Assembly: GCF_964355755.1 (NCBI RefSeq)
Contig: NC_092675.1
Location: 19,936,912-20,000,911, forward strand
DNA: 64,000 nucleotides
Reading direction: 5' to 3'
DNA from: Antedon mediterranea
Lineage: Eukaryota > Animalia > Echinodermata
Both the position numbers and the translations under genes were made by a program. Below, piece by piece: positions 53,271-64,000 of this stretch. The notes below the pieces were generated by a model. It ran no database searches. It was not told the origin of the DNA and saw nothing but the letters and a program-made list of their open reading frames with translations. How positions within the stretch are numbered: the stretch's first letter is position 1; each line of letters starts with the position of its first letter.

Positions 53271-54727
53271 AGTAAGATATAAAACATCATCACCTCTGTC
53301 TAGATCTTAATGCAGAATTTTACAGTAAGGAAAACGGGGTTCATCAAAGATTAGTTCTATGATGAATTTATTTTTGTTTTATGTCAAAAAACAAACAAAT
53401 GATATATCGTCGTTAAATAAAACAAAATAGCAATTGTTACCAATTAAAGCTCATTTTAATAGTGATCGGTGACAATATACACTCAACTCATACTTGATAT
53501 CACATATTTTTACGTTTTTATATTTGTTTTTTAATGAAATACCAATCGAGTATTAATTTAAAGCTCCTCTTACATAACTTCCAATGCAGACAAATCTAGT
53601 TCGATCTTTATGTTTAGTTTACCGTATACTTTACACGCATTGATATCTAAACTACGTTATGTATAATATGAGTATTAGATTATAAATTCAGTAGAAAATC
53701 GTTACATTTATGAAAATATTACATATATGCCTACTACTTAACTATCTATATGCTACTTTAAATCACAACAACTTTACAAAATTTATGTTACATAATGAAT
53801 TAATTTTGCTAATTTTAATGTATACTTAGGTAATCAATAATAGTAATCGATAACTGATTACATTTGTCAATGACCGTATATCTAAATTGCACAGTGTACA
53901 GTAATGACAATAAGAATTTATATAAATATATAGAAGTAGGGCCTATACCCATCAAGATCAAATAGATAACATTACAGCGCTTTACAGTCGCATACAGTAT
54001 ATTCAACTACAAATGTTGGCTACATAATCATTGCATAGCCTATATATTATTTCAACAACCAAAATTATCATTATTTAATATTCAGTTTACTGTAAATTGA
54101 ATGCACTTTTTTAATTTATAAAGAATAATTAAATAAATGATTGAACATTTTTGGTTTTAGTTGTCATATTGAGATATATATATATACATTATACAATATC
54201 ATTGGTACGTACGTTCATATATTTGTTTTATTTACAATTGCAATCAATTTCAATCCAATAATTACCAATTACAACCATCGTTGCATAGCAACATTTTAAC
54301 CGTACTAATATAATACATAACAAATAATTTTAACATAGAGACATTTACAATTTTGTAATAATCAATTTTTTAGATATTTAGGAAATGACGCAGTGCACAC
54401 TAACTATAATATTAACGCAAATATAATATTTCATTAGTTTTGCATTTATAAAAATTTGCATACTATATAGCAATACTTGCATTTTTATTAATCTGTAATT
54501 AATTATTATTCACCAAGCAATACAATTATTTGGTTAGAAATAATCGAAATATTAATAATTGATCGATGATTCCAATTGATCGATAATCCAATGAAACCGT
54601 GTTACTTTAGGCCCGGTCATTTCATTGATCAAAATTGTATAATCCGCGAACTGCAGATGAAAACATCTTGGGATACAATGAGTTTATGTTTACTGCAATG
54701 TACATGCATTATTTAAACACTTAAGGA

Positions 54728-57700
54728 CTATGGATGTATTACGTGTGACCTGTCACTGTGGTAAGAAGGTAATACTGCATCACATAATCCATCAATAGGT
54801 ATTATTACTTGACCATTGAAAATTGCTTCCATTAAATAGCTGACAGATGATCCATGCTGTGGTTCTTCAGAAGCAAAGGCAAGCATCATAGTGCCGTCAG
54901 GAGATTTAGTAGAATGACACGAAACTACTCCGGTTATGTCCAGCTGAAGTACAGGTTGGAACGCGCTCGTGCCTTTATACTTAAATATAGTAACATACGA
55001 GTATTGACTTACAGCTAGCATATAAAGGGCAGGGCCTATGCTGAAAATGTCAACATCGCTTGTATGTGAAAATGGAACAGAATCTAGCAGCTCAAATTCG
55101 TTTAAATTATCCGACCACGAATAGACCGATATGTAAATATCGTAATCTACGTTCCCATCAGCTGTCAATACACCATAATTTCCCATAGCGAATCCAATCA
55201 TTCCTAAATGCTCAAACGTAGTTATATCTAGAGGATTGGAAGTCGCTATTTCCTGAAATAACGTAAATGGATCACTATCAAGGTGTATTGTATTATCCAA
55301 GTACGCACTATAAATACGCGAGGTAGAAAAATCGCGCTCGGCAAACAACACGAACGTCCTATTACCGACGTCGAGAAACGAACACGACATTGCGATTACG
55401 TCTGGAAATTCCTGGACAGTGATAGGTACCATTCCTACGTCAGGTATTGCTTCAATTAAGGTTGACGTTTCCATATCGGTTCCAGTAAATAAGATAAGCA
55501 ATCCGTCATCGGTTTTCTTTAAGTCAACATCGTTTGTTAATGAGGGTGGGGTGATTGAGGTGCTCGATGGAGACAGAAGTCCTCCTGAAAATTCCATTAA
55601 GAAATCCGTGCTTTGCGCGCACGTATCTGGTGCAATTGAAGCAATCGCTATAATGACTGAGTCATCATCTGTTTTTAGAACATCAGCGGACACGGCACCA
55701 CTCGTTACAAACGCATCATACAAATCGAAAGATAAAGCAGTAACGTTCCACAGGTAAAGATAGCTATTTGTGCAAAATTCACCTCTATCGGAATGAACCA
55801 ATATTAGTAAATAAAATTCACCAGAATCAGTTGTAAATGTTTCAAACGATCGAATTAAAATATCCCAAGATTGAAGCGTTTCAACGTGATCTAAATCAGC
55901 TACAACGTATGAATAGACATCTTGTAATTCTTCAATTTGCTGGCATTGGTGACTGGCAATAACATTCAACGTATCGATATCGGATTGAATTCTCGTAAAG
56001 AATTTGAAGAAAACAGCTTCTAGGTAGTCAATGTCAACATCATCGATATACCCACCTATATAAGTATCACGAGTAAACACAACTTCACCAGTAAAATATG
56101 CATTGTCCAATGAGTGACTACCATGTATAGTAATCACGTGATTGATCAAGTCGGTAAAGTTTACATCTACTAGAAACCCATCTAACTGTATATTCCCATC
56201 TATTCCCATTGCTCCTGTAAAGTTTTTAAACCCAAAAATCGGTTGGTTAAGGACGTCGAGTTTTACAACTTCGGTACCAATGTCTATTCCATTTAATGTT
56301 GTAACCAAGTCCAGGCTACCTGTAATAGTAACAGAATTTTGAAATGACTTATCTAACAACAGTTGCTGATCACTTGTTGCGTAAAAGGTATCCGCGACGA
56401 TGTTCGTAATGTTAACACTATTAAAAAGTCCTTCAACCTCAATATCCGACGTGAAAAGTACATCATTTGAAAATGTCTTCAGACCATAAATTACATCTTC
56501 AGTGTCAAGTAGAATAAGATCCATCAAGTCAAAATTATTAATTTCACCGTCTATTATCAAATTTCCCTTTAAAATGATCGTTTCAAAGGTTATAAAGCCA
56601 GTAATATTCTGATTGCCTCTTGACATTAATGTTCTATCAAGGTATTCATCAATATCTAAACCATATATCAGGTCAGTGCTGGTTGTAAGGTTACCATATA
56701 ACGTCATATCGCCTAATACGGTTATTTCTCCTAAAAAGTGTACTTTTATGGTCAGTTCAATGTAAATTAAATTATGCCGTACAATATCTTGTTCGAAGAT
56801 TTCTAAATGTTCAATACCATTTAATTTGCTTGGACAAAAAACAAAGTCATTTTGCGATAAAGTGTAGCCCAGCAGCGTCGTCGTACCAGTGAAGTGAATG
56901 TCTTCATCCTTAAAAACTGCACCAGCAAGAAACTCGTTCCAGTCTACACCATGAATACTACCATTAACGATCATATCATTTGAAACATGCAAGTGATTAA
57001 GAATGACAACATTTCCTTCTATATACTGTTCTGTATTTGTTGTTAGGACAGATTTACTGAGTTCTTGTAAATCCAAATCATTAATTAAGCCATAAACATC
57101 AAGATTCGTCAAAACTGTCACATTCCCAAAGGTAAACACTCCGGTAATATTCTGAGCGCCATGTGATAATAGGAAGCTTTCACTAATGTCTATGTTGCTA
57201 ACGTTGTCACTAAGAACATTTTTTGTAAAATTAACACAGCAATCGTATATTTTAAAACCGTAAATGGTAATTGGTCCTTGGTCATCGGTGACAATATCAT
57301 TAAAAAGTTCAGTTAAATTGGTTTCTTGTATTTCACCGTATACAGTAATATTTCCATTAACGTTTATAACAGTTGTAAAATTTTTAACCCCGTCAATAAC
57401 TGTGGTCTCGTTCAGAAACCAAATATCATATTTTAAATTATCCATAAAAATTCCATCTATCGTTGCATTATCTGCTATAAAAATATCAGAATCAAACTTT
57501 GTGTGTGTGATTATTGTCTTGACTCCAGTAATGATTTGCGATTTTGTCTTTGAGAAAACATTTTCGGCAAATACTTCAATATCTTCAATAAGATTTATAC
57601 AATTGAATGTATCCAGATTTTCAACTATAACCACGTTATCAACGAATTTAATTTCACCGGTAATTGTCTGATCAGTGTTTAATGTAAATCGTGTGTTGTT

Positions 57701-60700
57701 TAATACATCAATAAAGACATAATTCAAATGGTTTAATATGTTCAGATTTGACAAAACTTCAAGATGCCGAATTGTCAGTTTATGAAATGTTTTTAAACCA
57801 GTGACAACCTGCGGATTATTAATATTCAACACCTTATCCAAATCCACGTCATCTATATATCCAGCAACATACAAGTTTCCATATTGAAAATACATGTCTC
57901 CAAGAAATTGTTTATTTCCAGAAATGGTTTGATTGCCGTATTTTGTAACAACATCTCTTGCTAATATTTCCAAATAAACTGTATCTACATTCTGTTCAAC
58001 AATCATGTCTGATGCAACATAGAAACCTGGCAACACTTTTAATTCGGTAATTATTTGGTCGGAGTAAACATCCAGAATGTCTTCATCAACTTTGAAACCG
58101 TTAATACGACTATCAATGCTTAATAAGCCATCGGTACTCATTGTCACATTCTGCGAAAATGTCACGTGACCATAAATAGTTTGTGTTATTGAAGAATTTC
58201 GAAATATTGAATACAAATACAAATCCAGAATATCTACATTGTTAACGTATCCGTCAACGTAAGACGTGTATAGAGTAACGTATTCGGTAAAAGTATAGTT
58301 TCCAGTCAGGGTTTGGTTTGAAAAGATTGTCATTGCTCTTGAGTAATAGTCAGGCATGTAAACGTCATCAATATTACCAGTAGCGTAGATGTAATCGTAA
58401 GAGATAACTTCTCCCATGAATACGTTGTTTCCAGTTATGTTTTGGCTGCCAGAGAGCAGTACAACATCTTCTGAAAGATCAATACCGTTCAATAGTCCAA
58501 ATATATCTACGTCACAATCCATAGTAAAATTACCTACAATAGTTATCGAGTCGACGAATTCATGATCTCCACTGACTGTCAATAACGTATCACTTATGTC
58601 GATTCCATCTGTAAGTGCGTACACAATTACGTCATCAAATACGTCAAGATTTTGAAGAAAAGTAACGTTGCCTGTTATAATGTTAGATTCAAAAACTTTC
58701 AAAACGTCTCTATACAATTCAGAGAGGTCCATACCATTTACAACATAGCCAATCTCAACATCTTGGTCAAATTTAAGTGTTGATGAAAACGTAATAGATC
58801 CCGAAACTATTTGCTGTTTATTTTTTGTTAGAACATGCTTATAATTCGTAACGTTAAACCGGTTAAAATTATCCACTTCTAAGTTACCATGTATTATCAC
58901 ATTGTCTAGCATTGTTATATTTCCATTTATATGCACGTGTTCTCCATTCAATGGTACTATTACCTCCGAGATGGCAATATCATTAACAAGTAGTGTGTCG
59001 CCAGATATATTGCCATTTATACCCACATGACCAACTAGTGTAAAGATTGAATGTATCTCTTGTTCGCTATTAACGTTAAAGATATCATGTGAGATATTGA
59101 TTGAATTAAAGTAGTCGCTGACGATTTCAAGATCGGCGAGGAAAACCACATTGTCAACGTAGAGTGTTCCTTCAATAACTTGGTCTGGAATATCATGTTG
59201 TAAAGCATGCTGGTACAAATATTCAATATCAACATAATTCACGACAGTTGTATTAAGATTGGTTACTATTGCACCTGCATTGCTGATTAAGTTTTCAAAA
59301 TTAATACGTACTTGGACCGTTTGGTTTGTGTCAAGGGTCAAATAATCTTTAATTTTGTCTTGTATTTTCATTAATGATTTTACCTGTTCATCATGGTCAT
59401 TCATTAGACGATCTATTGTTTCTGTAATATTTTCCATTGGTACTATAGCACTTCCAGATACAAATATGCTATCTACATGAATCAAGTCATCCGTGGTAAC
59501 CTTATTTTCAAAATATTTCGTGCCGTCAACAAATTGATTTGTGTTTGTCGTCAACTTGTCGTAAAACGTGTCAGAAACGTTAGATATTGCACTGTGCAAA
59601 CGTTCAATCAACGTTTCCATTATTTCGACTTCTTCAATCAATTCCTCATTTTGATCGACTACAGAATTAACAACTTCCGTGAGATTATAATTTAGAACTT
59701 GAATGATCGAATAAGGATCACATAAGATCATAATGTAAACGTCTGTACCAATATTGAAACTATACGAGTAGTAAGATAATAGGGTACAAGTTGGAAAGCC
59801 AATAATATTGTTATTTAAGAATTTATCATCGGCGACGGAGTAACAATACAAAGCAAACGGATCACTGGTGTAATTTGTTGTTGCAAATAACAGTGTAATA
59901 TCTTGACTACTAGGTATAAGTATTGGTTCCCAGTGTTGCACATGTTCTATGTCAAGTATCTGAAACAGTATGTATTCATATTCATTCCATTTGTATATTC
60001 TACTCACCGTTGGTGATGTCGTCAAAATGTAATGTTCATATCCCAGTGTGAAATGACGTACGTTCGCTCCATCAAGGTGGTACAAAAAGATAAATTTCAT
60101 GTTTACTTCATCAAAAGTCCAAATATCTACCTTATTTGAATCGGTTCTGTCCAATAGAAGATGGTATGCAGAGTCACTAACTGCATAGCTTAGGCTTTTA
60201 GAATACTCATTGGCGCTTCCAATATCTTGTTCATGACCCAGGTGATTGTTGAGCAGACGAGCTGTATTCCCGGTCATATCTAAGAAAGTGTACACCCCAT
60301 TTCTGTTAATTGCTTCAGTAATTTTGACCCCTGGCAAATTGAACTTTGAAATTAAACTATTTTCAATAACTAACGATCCGGCTTCGGATAAGTAGCTTAC
60401 TATGAAACCGGCATAAAATATTCCATTTTCTATTCGAAAAAAATTGTTCAATGTCACGTCATCAAAGTCGCCCCATATCCTATCAATTAGATCCAAAGTT
60501 GTTCCGTCATATGAATATGCGTAGTTTATCTCTCCGCCATGTAAAGTGATCAAAATAACATTATGATCATAAGCATCAGTGTAAGATTGTACTTTAAGAG
60601 ATTCTGAATCTGTTTCTAGAACGGTAGTAGAAGACAATGGATGAACTTCTTGTCGGTTTCCAATTCCGGTATCGGGTATAAATGAATGATAAAACTCTAC

Positions 60701-60913
60701 CTCTGTATCGATAACCGACCGTTTACCAACATGATGCCCACCTCCTTCATCATTCCACACCAAATCTTCCGTTGTTTTATCGATTTGTGTACGAAACAAC
60801 CTCAATTCAGCATTGGCAATGCTTTCGAAGTCTGTACGGGAATCAACTTGATGAGTCCACGTTAGATATAGTACGGTTACAACACGAATAAGATAAAATA
60901 TCACCGGCGCCAT
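54728..60913 (-). CDS. 2061-aa secreted acidic protein: EAR/EPTP-like repeats at both ends, coiled coils, central QxIxGxKxF fibre-like repeats
   Basis: Uninterrupted 6.2-kb ORF; signal-peptide-like N-terminus, dibasic GKR, EAR-like SRIYKWN…LFQIL and SVYSWS…FELLDSVP…DVDIFSIG; good start context (AACATGG); likely 5' UTR acceptor near 60998. Confidence 0.9.
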   Translation of the reverse strand: MAPVIFYLIRVVTVLYLTWTHQVDSRTDFESIANAELRLFRTQIDKTTEDLVWNDEGGGHHVGKRSVIDTEVEFYHSFIPDTGIGNRQEVHPLSSTTVLETDSESLKVQSYTDAYDHNVILITLHGGEINYAYSYDGTTLDLIDRIWGDFDDVTLNNFFRIENGIFYAGFIVSYLSEAGSLVIENSLISKFNLPGVKITEAINRNGVYTFLDMTGNTARLLNNHLGHEQDIGSANEYSKSLSYAVSDSAYHLLLDRTDSNKVDIWTFDEVNMKFIFLYHLDGANVRHFTLGYEHYILTTSPTVSRIYKWNEYEYILFQILDIEHVQHWEPILIPSSQDITLLFATTNYTSDPFALYCYSVADDKFLNNNIIGFPTCTLLSYYSYSFNIGTDVYIMILCDPYSIIQVLNYNLTEVVNSVVDQNEELIEEVEIMETLIERLHSAISNVSDTFYDKLTTNTNQFVDGTKYFENKVTTDDLIHVDSIFVSGSAIVPMENITETIDRLMNDHDEQVKSLMKIQDKIKDYLTLDTNQTVQVRINFENLISNAGAIVTNLNTTVVNYVDIEYLYQHALQHDIPDQVIEGTLYVDNVVFLADLEIVSDYFNSINISHDIFNVNSEQEIHSIFTLVGHVGINGNISGDTLLVNDIAISEVIVPLNGEHVHINGNITMLDNVIIHGNLEVDNFNRFNVTNYKHVLTKNKQQIVSGSITFSSTLKFDQDVEIGYVVNGMDLSELYRDVLKVFESNIITGNVTFLQNLDVFDDVIVYALTDGIDISDTLLTVSGDHEFVDSITIVGNFTMDCDVDIFGLLNGIDLSEDVVLLSGSQNITGNNVFMGEVISYDYIYATGNIDDVYMPDYYSRAMTIFSNQTLTGNYTFTEYVTLYTSYVDGYVNNVDILDLYLYSIFRNSSITQTIYGHVTFSQNVTMSTDGLLSIDSRINGFKVDEDILDVYSDQIITELKVLPGFYVASDMIVEQNVDTVYLEILARDVVTKYGNQTISGNKQFLGDMYFQYGNLYVAGYIDDVDLDKVLNINNPQVVTGLKTFHKLTIRHLEVLSNLNILNHLNYVFIDVLNNTRFTLNTDQTITGEIKFVDNVVIVENLDTFNCINLIEDIEVFAENVFSKTKSQIITGVKTIITHTKFDSDIFIADNATIDGIFMDNLKYDIWFLNETTVIDGVKNFTTVINVNGNITVYGEIQETNLTELFNDIVTDDQGPITIYGFKIYDCCVNFTKNVLSDNVSNIDISESFLLSHGAQNITGVFTFGNVTVLTNLDVYGLINDLDLQELSKSVLTTNTEQYIEGNVVILNHLHVSNDMIVNGSIHGVDWNEFLAGAVFKDEDIHFTGTTTLLGYTLSQNDFVFCPSKLNGIEHLEIFEQDIVRHNLIYIELTIKVHFLGEITVLGDMTLYGNLTTSTDLIYGLDIDEYLDRTLMSRGNQNITGFITFETIILKGNLIIDGEINNFDLMDLILLDTEDVIYGLKTFSNDVLFTSDIEVEGLFNSVNITNIVADTFYATSDQQLLLDKSFQNSVTITGSLDLVTTLNGIDIGTEVVKLDVLNQPIFGFKNFTGAMGIDGNIQLDGFLVDVNFTDLINHVITIHGSHSLDNAYFTGEVVFTRDTYIGGYIDDVDIDYLEAVFFKFFTRIQSDIDTLNVIASHQCQQIEELQDVYSYVVADLDHVETLQSWDILIRSFETFTTDSGEFYLLILVHSDRGEFCTNSYLYLWNVTALSFDLYDAFVTSGAVSADVLKTDDDSVIIAIASIAPDTCAQSTDFLMEFSGGLLSPSSTSITPPSLTNDVDLKKTDDGLLILFTGTDMETSTLIEAIPDVGMVPITVQEFPDVIAMSCSFLDVGNRTFVLFAERDFSTSRIYSAYLDNTIHLDSDPFTLFQEIATSNPLDITTFEHLGMIGFAMGNYGVLTADGNVDYDIYISVYSWSDNLNEFELLDSVPFSHTSDVDIFSIGPALYMLAVSQYSYVTIFKYKGTSAFQPVLQLDITGVVSCHSTKSPDGTMMLAFASEEPQHGSSVSYLMEAIFNGQVIIPIDGLCDAVLPSYHSDRSHVIHP

Positions 60914-62341
60914 GTTGAAACCGGAATACGAAACAAAACTATGAAACGAAAGTCAAAAGGTTGAGTGACTTTACTTCAAGAGCTACAAACGAAATACCTG
61001 TAAATATTTATGCAAATTACAATTCAAATGATCTGAAAACGTCTGTAATTGTAGACTGTATGTGATTTGTGGTGCAATAATAATAGAGGTCTCCCGATTT
61101 AAGTCAAAAGAGTCTTCACAATTACATTATTACAAAATATCAATTATGTTAAGTAAGGCCTACGTAATTATCCTTCTTTGCCTATTGTGTAAAGAAAAAA
61201 GTATTACTTTATAACACCATTTTTTTGGCGACGTTTCCGTATATCATCGTTTACACATAGGCCTATTAAAAAAAATGTTAAACCGCAATATTGGGCGATC
61301 AAAGTTGCTAATACAATTATATATGCCTATAAATTACAAGTCCATTTATAATATCATCGGTTCTCATCTCATAGCCGCCCCAAACCATTTGATGGCAATT
61401 TATTTAGTATCCAACTTAAAATTAAGGCTGTAACGTCACTAATATTGTGTAGCATTTTTAGTTTTTTTAATATTATTATGATGTAAGGTCTATGTGACTA
61501 TTCATCCTACATATGATGTTTACAGTACAATTTTTTACCTTATAGTAGTCATAGGGCGCTTTAAGTGCAATTATCAGTGTTATTTTTATGTCTCCCGTGG
61601 AAATAAGTTTTCTTTTAAACTTTCTTGGGTTATTCCTCGGTTCATTCTATTAATATTGTTACCTTGTGCTTTTTCTATTTTATGTTTGTCTTGTATTTTT
61701 GAGTGAACTGAATAAAACTTAACTGAACTGTGAACTGGGGCAACGTCCAATGCAATGGCACGAAGTAACGTGGCAGTGTTCTATTTTTTATAGGCCCTAC
61801 TAATTCAATGGTGGATAAAGTCGTATAGTTACAATTTTTTTGGCCGCTGTTTTCTTCATTTTCTTTTTTTTTTCAATTAAATAATAAACTTTGATTATAG
61901 TAAACGAAATTAATTATTGTTTAAATATAGCCCTATAATTAAAAATAAAATTTAACAAGACGTGGAAGCTAGCAAATTTACTCATAATTTTCGTTTTTAT
62001 CCACTATACAATTAAATAATGAACTTTGGTTATAGGACACGCAATTAATTATTATTTAAATATAGGCCTATAATAATAATGTGATTAAATTATAAGTCTG
62101 TGCATGGATTAAATAATTAGAATATTTAAATATTTAATTAATCCATGGTTTGTGCGAAAATAAGTAGCAAAACTTGAATCATAGCATTGTAGAACCCGCA
62201 ACCGTACGAATAGACACTTCACTTGTTCTGCGAAAAACAAATCGGATCTAGGAGGGAGGCCTGAGGCCCTACGTTTGGATGATTTCTGAGTTTTATCTCT
62301 TCTCTCTTTATCACTTCGAAAACAATAAAGTAACAAAAAAG

Positions 62342-63783
62342 ATGTCAGATGAAGAAGATGCAGCAGAGAGAAGGCGATTGAGAGGTTGTTTTCCTTTTAA
62401 TTTATGCATTTAACTAAGCTTAGGCTAGCTAGTCCTAGCTAGGGCCTAGGCTTAGGCCTAGGCCTACTAATTACGGGAAACAGACGATCGGGACCGCGGA
62501 CAATCGGGCCCAAGACGATCGGGCCCAAAAAACGTGGTCCCGATCGTCTTCAGCGTTGGGCCCGATCATCTTACCAGTTGGGCCCGATAGTCTTTTGGGT
62601 TATATAAAATAATATGCCACTTCATCATTTTTCATTTCTAGTGCTAGCCTAGTGAGTGTCAACACGTTTTTCTTGCGTAAATTAAGACTTTAATTAAAAA
62701 GGTTAATTAGATATTTTTCTGATTTTATCTTAATTTTCCCATGGAGTAAATTCTTTACTCCATGATTTTCCCTATTAGTATTAACACTACTGGTTTTAAG
62801 AATTTCTTACCAATACTCTCGATTTATGAATATTAATGTGATTGATTTTGATTGTTATTATTGTATTGCGTGTATTCGCGTTTTGGGCCCGATCATCTTG
62901 TTTGTTGGGCCCGATCGTCTGAGCCCGATAGTCTCTGGGCCCAAATTACTAGTCTAGGCTAGACAAACCTGGCTGGCCTAGTTTAGGCCTAGCCACGCTG
63001 CGCTTGGTAGGGTGGGACTCGGCCTAAGAACACTACATACTATTCTAGGCCTAGGTAGTAAGGCAAAGTTACTAAATATTATTCCTCGAATAATAAAAAT
63101 GTACATTACTAATGTTGGGATTTTTTTTAATTTTTTTTATTCATATTTACAGAAGCCAGGTTAAACCAGCTAAAAGCAAAATCAAACACCCAACAAGAAG
63201 ACCGTGAAACCAGTAGGCCTACTGATCATAAAATCTCCCAACAATCAACAACAGATGTAGAAGATTTCTCAAATACTTCAGAAAAAGTGGCAGAGATGAT
63301 GGGATTTCAGGGCTTTGGTAATAAACAACATCCAAAAATAACGCATCTAAAAAACTAAAGTTACAAAACAAAAACCACTGCTCACCGAAAACATTATATA
63401 AAATATTGAAAACCTCTAATTTGAGACTCCACAAAAAACAGATGTACATTTTATCATTTGCAAAATTCTTTAAACAAACTTACACTTTTCATTGGCTGAA
63501 ATTTGACTGTAAACTGGCAAAGGAATTGATTTAAACCTTTTATATTAATTCATGTCGTATTGCATTATCACTACACTTAATACAGTAATCATTCCTACAT
63601 ATTTTCTAGGAAAAAAGGCAAGAACATTTAATGTAATGGCAATGTTTGAAGAAACAAAACGAGCTGCTCAAGAAGTCAATAGGATTCGTGATGAAGAAAA
63701 ATCAGCACAAGTTGCGAATGAGTTAGAAAAACAGAAAATTAATGAAGACAGTGATGAGGAAGAGGAGGATGATGATCTTATTG
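62342..63783 (+). CDS. WDR70: WD repeat protein 70, first three exons (gene continues beyond window)
   Basis: Exons 62342-62384, 63153-63317 and 63610-63783 give …MMGFQGFG|KKARTFNVMAMFEETKRAA…, matching recalled human WDR70 MGFTGFGKKARTFDLEAMFEQTRR, followed by an acidic tract. Confidence 0.9.
62475..62942. mobile_element. MITE with subterminal GGGCCCGATCGTCT repeats in WDR70 intron 1
   Basis: AGACGATCGGGCCC arrays at the left end and inverted arrays at the right end; AATTAC on both flanks. Confidence 0.6.
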
Positions 63784-63816
63784 GTTGGTGACCAACTTAA
63801 ATTTCATTTGCCCTAG

Positions 63817-64000
63817 AGCTCTCTCTACCATATCAAACTAGTTTGACAAAAAAGTGTGATGTGCCCAAATATGGTAGTGATATGCCCAAATATGGTAGTG
63901 ATATGCCCAAATATGGTAGTGATATGCCCAAATATGGTAGTGATATCATCATATCCATATATGGCACATTTTTTTTTGTCACATAAAATGTGATAGTGTA
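63817..64000. mobile_element. MITE family A copy with expanded 21-bp internal repeat
   Basis: TGCCCAAATATGGTAGTGATA x4 inside the element; truncated by the window end. Confidence 0.85.

Noticed and set aside
598-54006. Numerous 60-110-aa ORFs in introns and intergenic DNA
   Set aside because: Many begin at non-ATG codons, are F/I/L/Y/N/K-rich as expected by chance in AT-rich DNA, or overlap MITEs.
55419-59695. ORFs overlapping the 2061-aa gene (55419, 56142, 57264, 59035, 59477)
   Set aside because: Antisense or alternate-frame shadows of a long, codon-biased CDS; no independent motifs.

Overview
AT-rich, intron-dense nuclear DNA from an invertebrate animal. A Deu-domain SINE and the protein sequences suggest a marine deuterostome (inference). 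By manually splicing and translating I reconstructed: the 3' end of a TMEM243-like gene (+), WDR18 (+, 10 exons), RNF11 (-, 3 exons), NUP155 (-, 33 coding exons, one U12-type intron), C9orf72 (-, 10 coding exons) and the 5' end of WDR70 (+). Between C9orf72 and WDR70 is a 2061-aa secreted protein with an uninterrupted coding region and a dumbbell layout: EAR/EPTP-like propeller, coiled coil, about 27 fibre-like QxIxGxKxF repeats, coiled coil, EAR/EPTP-like propeller. It is the most striking item. Other points: a candidate 93-aa two-TM upstream ORF just 5' of C9orf72, minimal hammerhead ribozymes from Penelope-like ends in NUP155 introns, two large minisatellites, AGGCCTAG clusters downstream of presumed promoters, and many non-autonomous DNA transposons (one nested, with an empty-site copy in the window). 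Gene names come from recalled similarity to human orthologues; no searches were run.
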